The notes under the pieces were generated by a model. It was not told the origin of the DNA. It was given only the letters and a program-made list of their open reading frames with translations, and did no database searches. A DNA stretch of 64,000 bases from Polyangiales bacterium (GTDB lineage Bacteria > Myxococcota_A > Polyangia > Polyangiales > JADJQN01), in contig CAXNJO010000001.1 in assembly GCA_964202905.1 (NCBI GenBank), positions 832,001 through 896,000 of the forward strand, written 5' to 3'. The position numbers and the translations under genes were made by a program. The first letter of the stretch is position 1. Each line of letters starts with the position of its first letter. This document shows, one piece after another, positions 60,784 to 64,000 of the stretch.

Positions 60784-62060
60784 ATGTCGTCCTCGCGTCG
60801 TTTCGCGCCCGTCCCTGCCGTCCTCGTCGCTTTGCTCGTCGCGGCTCGCGGGTTGCGCCGCGGACGCGGTGCCGCCTGCTGCGGATGGCGGCGGCTCGGG
60901 CGGCGATCTCGGCCCCGAGACGGACGCGGGCTCCGTCCGATGCGTCGACGGGCGACGCCGCGCGGCTCCTGACGCGGGCCCCGCGCACGGACGCGGGTGC
61001 GCCCGATCTCGGCGCGGACATGACCATGTCGCTGCCCGATGCGGGGCCGCCCGATCTCGGCGTCGATGCGGGCCCCGCGCGCGACGTCTTCTGCGGCGAT
61101 CCCGTGCCCGAGGGCGCCGAGCGCCCGCCCGCGCTTCCTGCCTACAGCGGCGGCATGTGCCCGAGCTTCGTCGCGGGCCGCAACACGATCGCCACGATGG
61201 GCGGCAACCGCGAGTTCCTGCTCATCCTGCCGAGCGACGGCGTGCGGCCCGACGAGTCGCTCCCGCTCGTCTTCCTCTGGCACTGGCTCGGCGGCAGCGC
61301 GAGCGGTTTCCGCGATCGCGCCGGCGTGCAGGACGCCGTCGATCGTCTGCGCTTCATCGCCGTCATCCCGGAGGCCCGCAGCGCGCTCACGTTCAAGTGG
61401 CCGTACCTGCAGGCCGACCCGGGCTGCGTCGTGGACTTCGCCTGCAACTGCGACTGCGCCTACCGCAGCGAGCTCGCCTTCTTCGACGATCTGCTCGCTT
61501 GCGTCGGCACGCAGTTCTCCGTCGATCGCGACTGCGTGAGCTCCGTCGGCGTGAGCGCCGGCGCGCTCTGGACGGCGCAGCTCGCCTCGCAGCGCTCGCA
61601 GTACCTCGCCAGCATGCTCGTGCTCTCGGGTGGCGTCGGCGACGGCTCGGTCTCCCTCGATCCCGCGACGACGCTGCGCGCTTGGTCGCCTGCCGCGCAC
61701 AAACTGCCTTCGCTCGTGCTCTGGGGCGGGCCGAGCGACTTCTGCTTCCTCTTCTTCGAGTCGACCTCGCAGCGCCTCGAGCGGGCGCTCGCCGCCGAGG
61801 GCCACTTCGTCGAGGAGTGCATTCACAACTGCATGCACTCGGTGCCGCCCTTCGAGTCGGCTCCGGGCGCAGGTCAGTTCGACGTCCTCTGGGACTTCGT
61901 GCGCCGTCACCCCTACTGGCTGCGCGACGGCGAGTCGCCCTATCAGTCGACGGGCCTGCCGCCTTTCACGCCGCCCTGGTGCGGTGTCGGCGTCGGCAGC
62001 GCGACGATCCGCGCCGGCGAGTGCCCCGGCACCACACCCTTCCTCGGCTCGTGCGCGTGA
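60784..62060 (+). CDS. Alpha/beta-hydrolase (PHB-depolymerase/esterase-like) lipoprotein; frameshifts in the 5' part
   Basis: PLVFLWHWLGG, GVSAGA (GxSxG), WGGPSD, H...HSVP; signal peptide and LAGC lipobox split across frames at 60840-61000. Confidence 0.7.
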
Positions 62061-62135
62061 GTGAGTGGCGGCGGGGGGCGTGAGTGGTTTAACCACTCGG
62101 CGCCTTCGCGCCCGCCGTCGCGTCCACGCGCCCGC

Positions 62136-63791
62136 TCAAGGTGTCGTGCGGCGCGGCAGGAGGGCGCAGACGTCGAGGGCGCAGCGGCCCGCGGTGAAGT
62201 CGTAGTCGCAGTACGCGTCCTCGGCGCACGACGCGCCGCAGGGGGCGCCGAGCGGCGGGAGCGGGACGCACGTCGAGGCGCCCGAGGGCTCGACCGCGAG
62301 GCAGTCGAAGCCCTCGGTGCAGACGCCGCGCCAGTCGCACGACTCGCCGTCGCCCGGGATGCGGCGGCAGATCCACGGCCAGCCGCGCGTGTCGCAGCCG
62401 AGGCCGGGCGCGCAGTCGCTCGTGCCGGTGCTGCCGTCGCAGTTCTCGCCCGCTCCGAGGGCGGGCACGCAGATCGCGGGGCGTCGCGAGAAGTCGCAGC
62501 CGAGCCCGTCGCTGCACAGGCCGTCGCAGGTCTCGCCGAGGCGTGGGATCGGCTTGCAGACGGCGGTGTACGCGTCGCAGACGCGCCCGGGCCCGCACGA
62601 GGTGTAGGACCACGCGGGGTCGCACGGATCGCCGAGCGCGGGCATGACGTCGCAGGTGCCCACCGGATCGACGCCGATGCGCTCGCAGAACGCGCCCTCG
62701 GCGCAGCGCTCGAAGCAGCGCTCGCCCGGCATGGGTGGCGTGCGGCAGACGCCGGGGCGCACGGCGTCGCCGCTGCACGTGAGCTCGGGGCGGCAGGCGG
62801 CGTCCGAGGCGCAGCGCGCGCCGACGTCGCCCCGCGCGAGGCAGCGCTGCCGGAAGGCGGGCTGACACGTCGCCGCGGCGCCGCACGCGTCGCCGCCGAG
62901 CGTGCAGGGTGCAGTGCCGACGCCGGGCTCGCAGCGACCGCCTTCGCAGCGGAGCCCGGCCGTGCAGCGGCCCGTCTCGGTGCAGGCCTCGCCGCGCGCC
63001 GCGGGCGCGCCGCATACGCCGCCTATGCACGTCTCGGGCGCGGCGCAGTCCTCGTCGTCGCCGCACGCGCCGCCGGGCGCGACCGGGAGGGTGCACACCC
63101 CCGCGACGCACGCGGCGGGCGCCTGGCACAGCGTGGTGCACGGCGCGTCGAACGCGGGGAGCGGCACGCACGTCGCGCCGTCGCAGCGGCCTTCACCGTC
63201 GGCGCAGAGTCCGTCGTACGCGCACGCGCCGTCGATCGGGATGGAGCCGCCGAGCGCGTGGCGGCACGCGCGGTACGCCGCGAAGAAGTCGCGCTCGGGC
63301 GGCGCGCAGGCGTCGAGGGCTCGTTGGGCGGTGACGCGGCAGTCGGCGAGGAGCGCGTCGTCGATCCGCAGCGCGCCCGCGCGCACGGTCGCGGCGACGG
63401 CGTTGCGGTTGGCCGCCGCGCGGCACGAGGTGACGACGGTCCGCTCGCACGCCTCGACGTCCGCAGGCGGCGCGCCAAAACCTGGACATGCGCACGTCCA
63501 GGGGGCGCGACACTCCGCGTGCGCGCGCACCTCGCAGCGCAGCGCGATCAGCGCGTCCGCGACGGGGAAGGGGTCGAGCCCGGGGCCAGCGTCCTGCATT
63601 GGCGTTGCATCTGCAACAGCGTCGCGAATGTCGGCGTCGCGCGCTGCGTCCACGGGGATCGCCGCGTCGAAGCGTGCGTCGTCGAGGCCCGTGTCGCGCT
63701 CGGGACCCGCGTCGCGCGGAGACGCGTCGGGGGTGCACGCGGACGCGGCCAGCAGCCCGAGCAGCACGATCGCGGTGACGCGGCGACGCAC
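62136..63791 (-). CDS. Large Cys-rich repeat lipoprotein
   Basis: Lipobox ASAC; many G..C....C..GL.C repeats; start uncertain. Confidence 0.75.
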   Translation of the reverse strand: MRRRVTAIVLLGLLAASACTPDASPRDAGPERDTGLDDARFDAAIPVDAARDADIRDAVADATPMQDAGPGLDPFPVADALIALRCEVRAHAECRAPWTCACPGFGAPPADVEACERTVVTSCRAAANRNAVAATVRAGALRIDDALLADCRVTAQRALDACAPPERDFFAAYRACRHALGGSIPIDGACAYDGLCADGEGRCDGATCVPLPAFDAPCTTLCQAPAACVAGVCTLPVAPGGACGDDEDCAAPETCIGGVCGAPAARGEACTETGRCTAGLRCEGGRCEPGVGTAPCTLGGDACGAAATCQPAFRQRCLARGDVGARCASDAACRPELTCSGDAVRPGVCRTPPMPGERCFERCAEGAFCERIGVDPVGTCDVMPALGDPCDPAWSYTSCGPGRVCDAYTAVCKPIPRLGETCDGLCSDGLGCDFSRRPAICVPALGAGENCDGSTGTSDCAPGLGCDTRGWPWICRRIPGDGESCDWRGVCTEGFDCLAVEPSGASTCVPLPPLGAPCGASCAEDAYCDYDFTAGRCALDVCALLPRRTTP

Positions 63792-64000
63792 GGCCGCTCG
63801 AGCGTGGTAGATGCCGACGCAGATGCAAGCACCGGCGTGCGGGGCGGATGCCTTCGCTGCGCGGCGCACCGCGCGCGGCGATGCTCTACACTCGCGCGGG
63901 ACCCATCGGGGACGAGGAGCAGGGACGATGCACGAGCGACGCTGCGTCTCGGGGCGCACAGCGATGGACGCGAGGCCGGGCGCGGGACCGCTCCTCGCCG

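Noticed and set aside
63928..64000. Possible gene start (GAGGAG then ATG CAC GAG...) at the window end
   Set aside because: Too short to support a call

Overview
Very GC-rich bacterial DNA (roughly three-quarters G+C by eye), most likely from a myxobacterium (Myxococcota, Polyangiales/Sandaracinaceae-like). This is inferred from MYXO-CTERM-type GCGC tails, myxobacterial Cys-rich repeats, Hanks-type Ser/Thr kinases and many Cys-rich lipoproteins. About 50 CDSs can be supported; no rRNA, tRNA, CRISPR array, transposase or integrase was recognised. Highlights: (1) a xanthorhodopsin/Gloeobacter-type DTE proton-pump rhodopsin that keeps the carotenoid-antenna Gly. It is translationally coupled to an unknown 77-aa two-helix membrane protein and lies downstream of a His-rich membrane protein with a Blh-like first motif; no canonical blh/crt genes are in the window. 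(2) A ~10-kb signalling block with a globin-coupled stressosome (RsbR-RsbS-RsbT/X fusion) linked to a hybrid kinase and an HD-GYP c-di-GMP phosphodiesterase; its RsbS lacks the conserved phospho-Ser. (3) A full-length bacterial METTL9/DREV-like methyltransferase. (4) A 1.8-kb low-GC GT2 islet bounded by a 48-bp direct repeat with no integrase. (5) A surface protein combining a temptin-like domain carrying CxxCH, ~10 EGF repeats and a MYXO-CTERM tail. (6) A three-unit 19-bp palindromic operator-like array, and widespread TAnnnT hexamers 5-10 nt before start codons suggesting leaderless mRNAs. Several genes carry frameshifts that look like long-read indel errors. All family calls come from motif recognition by eye, not from database searches.
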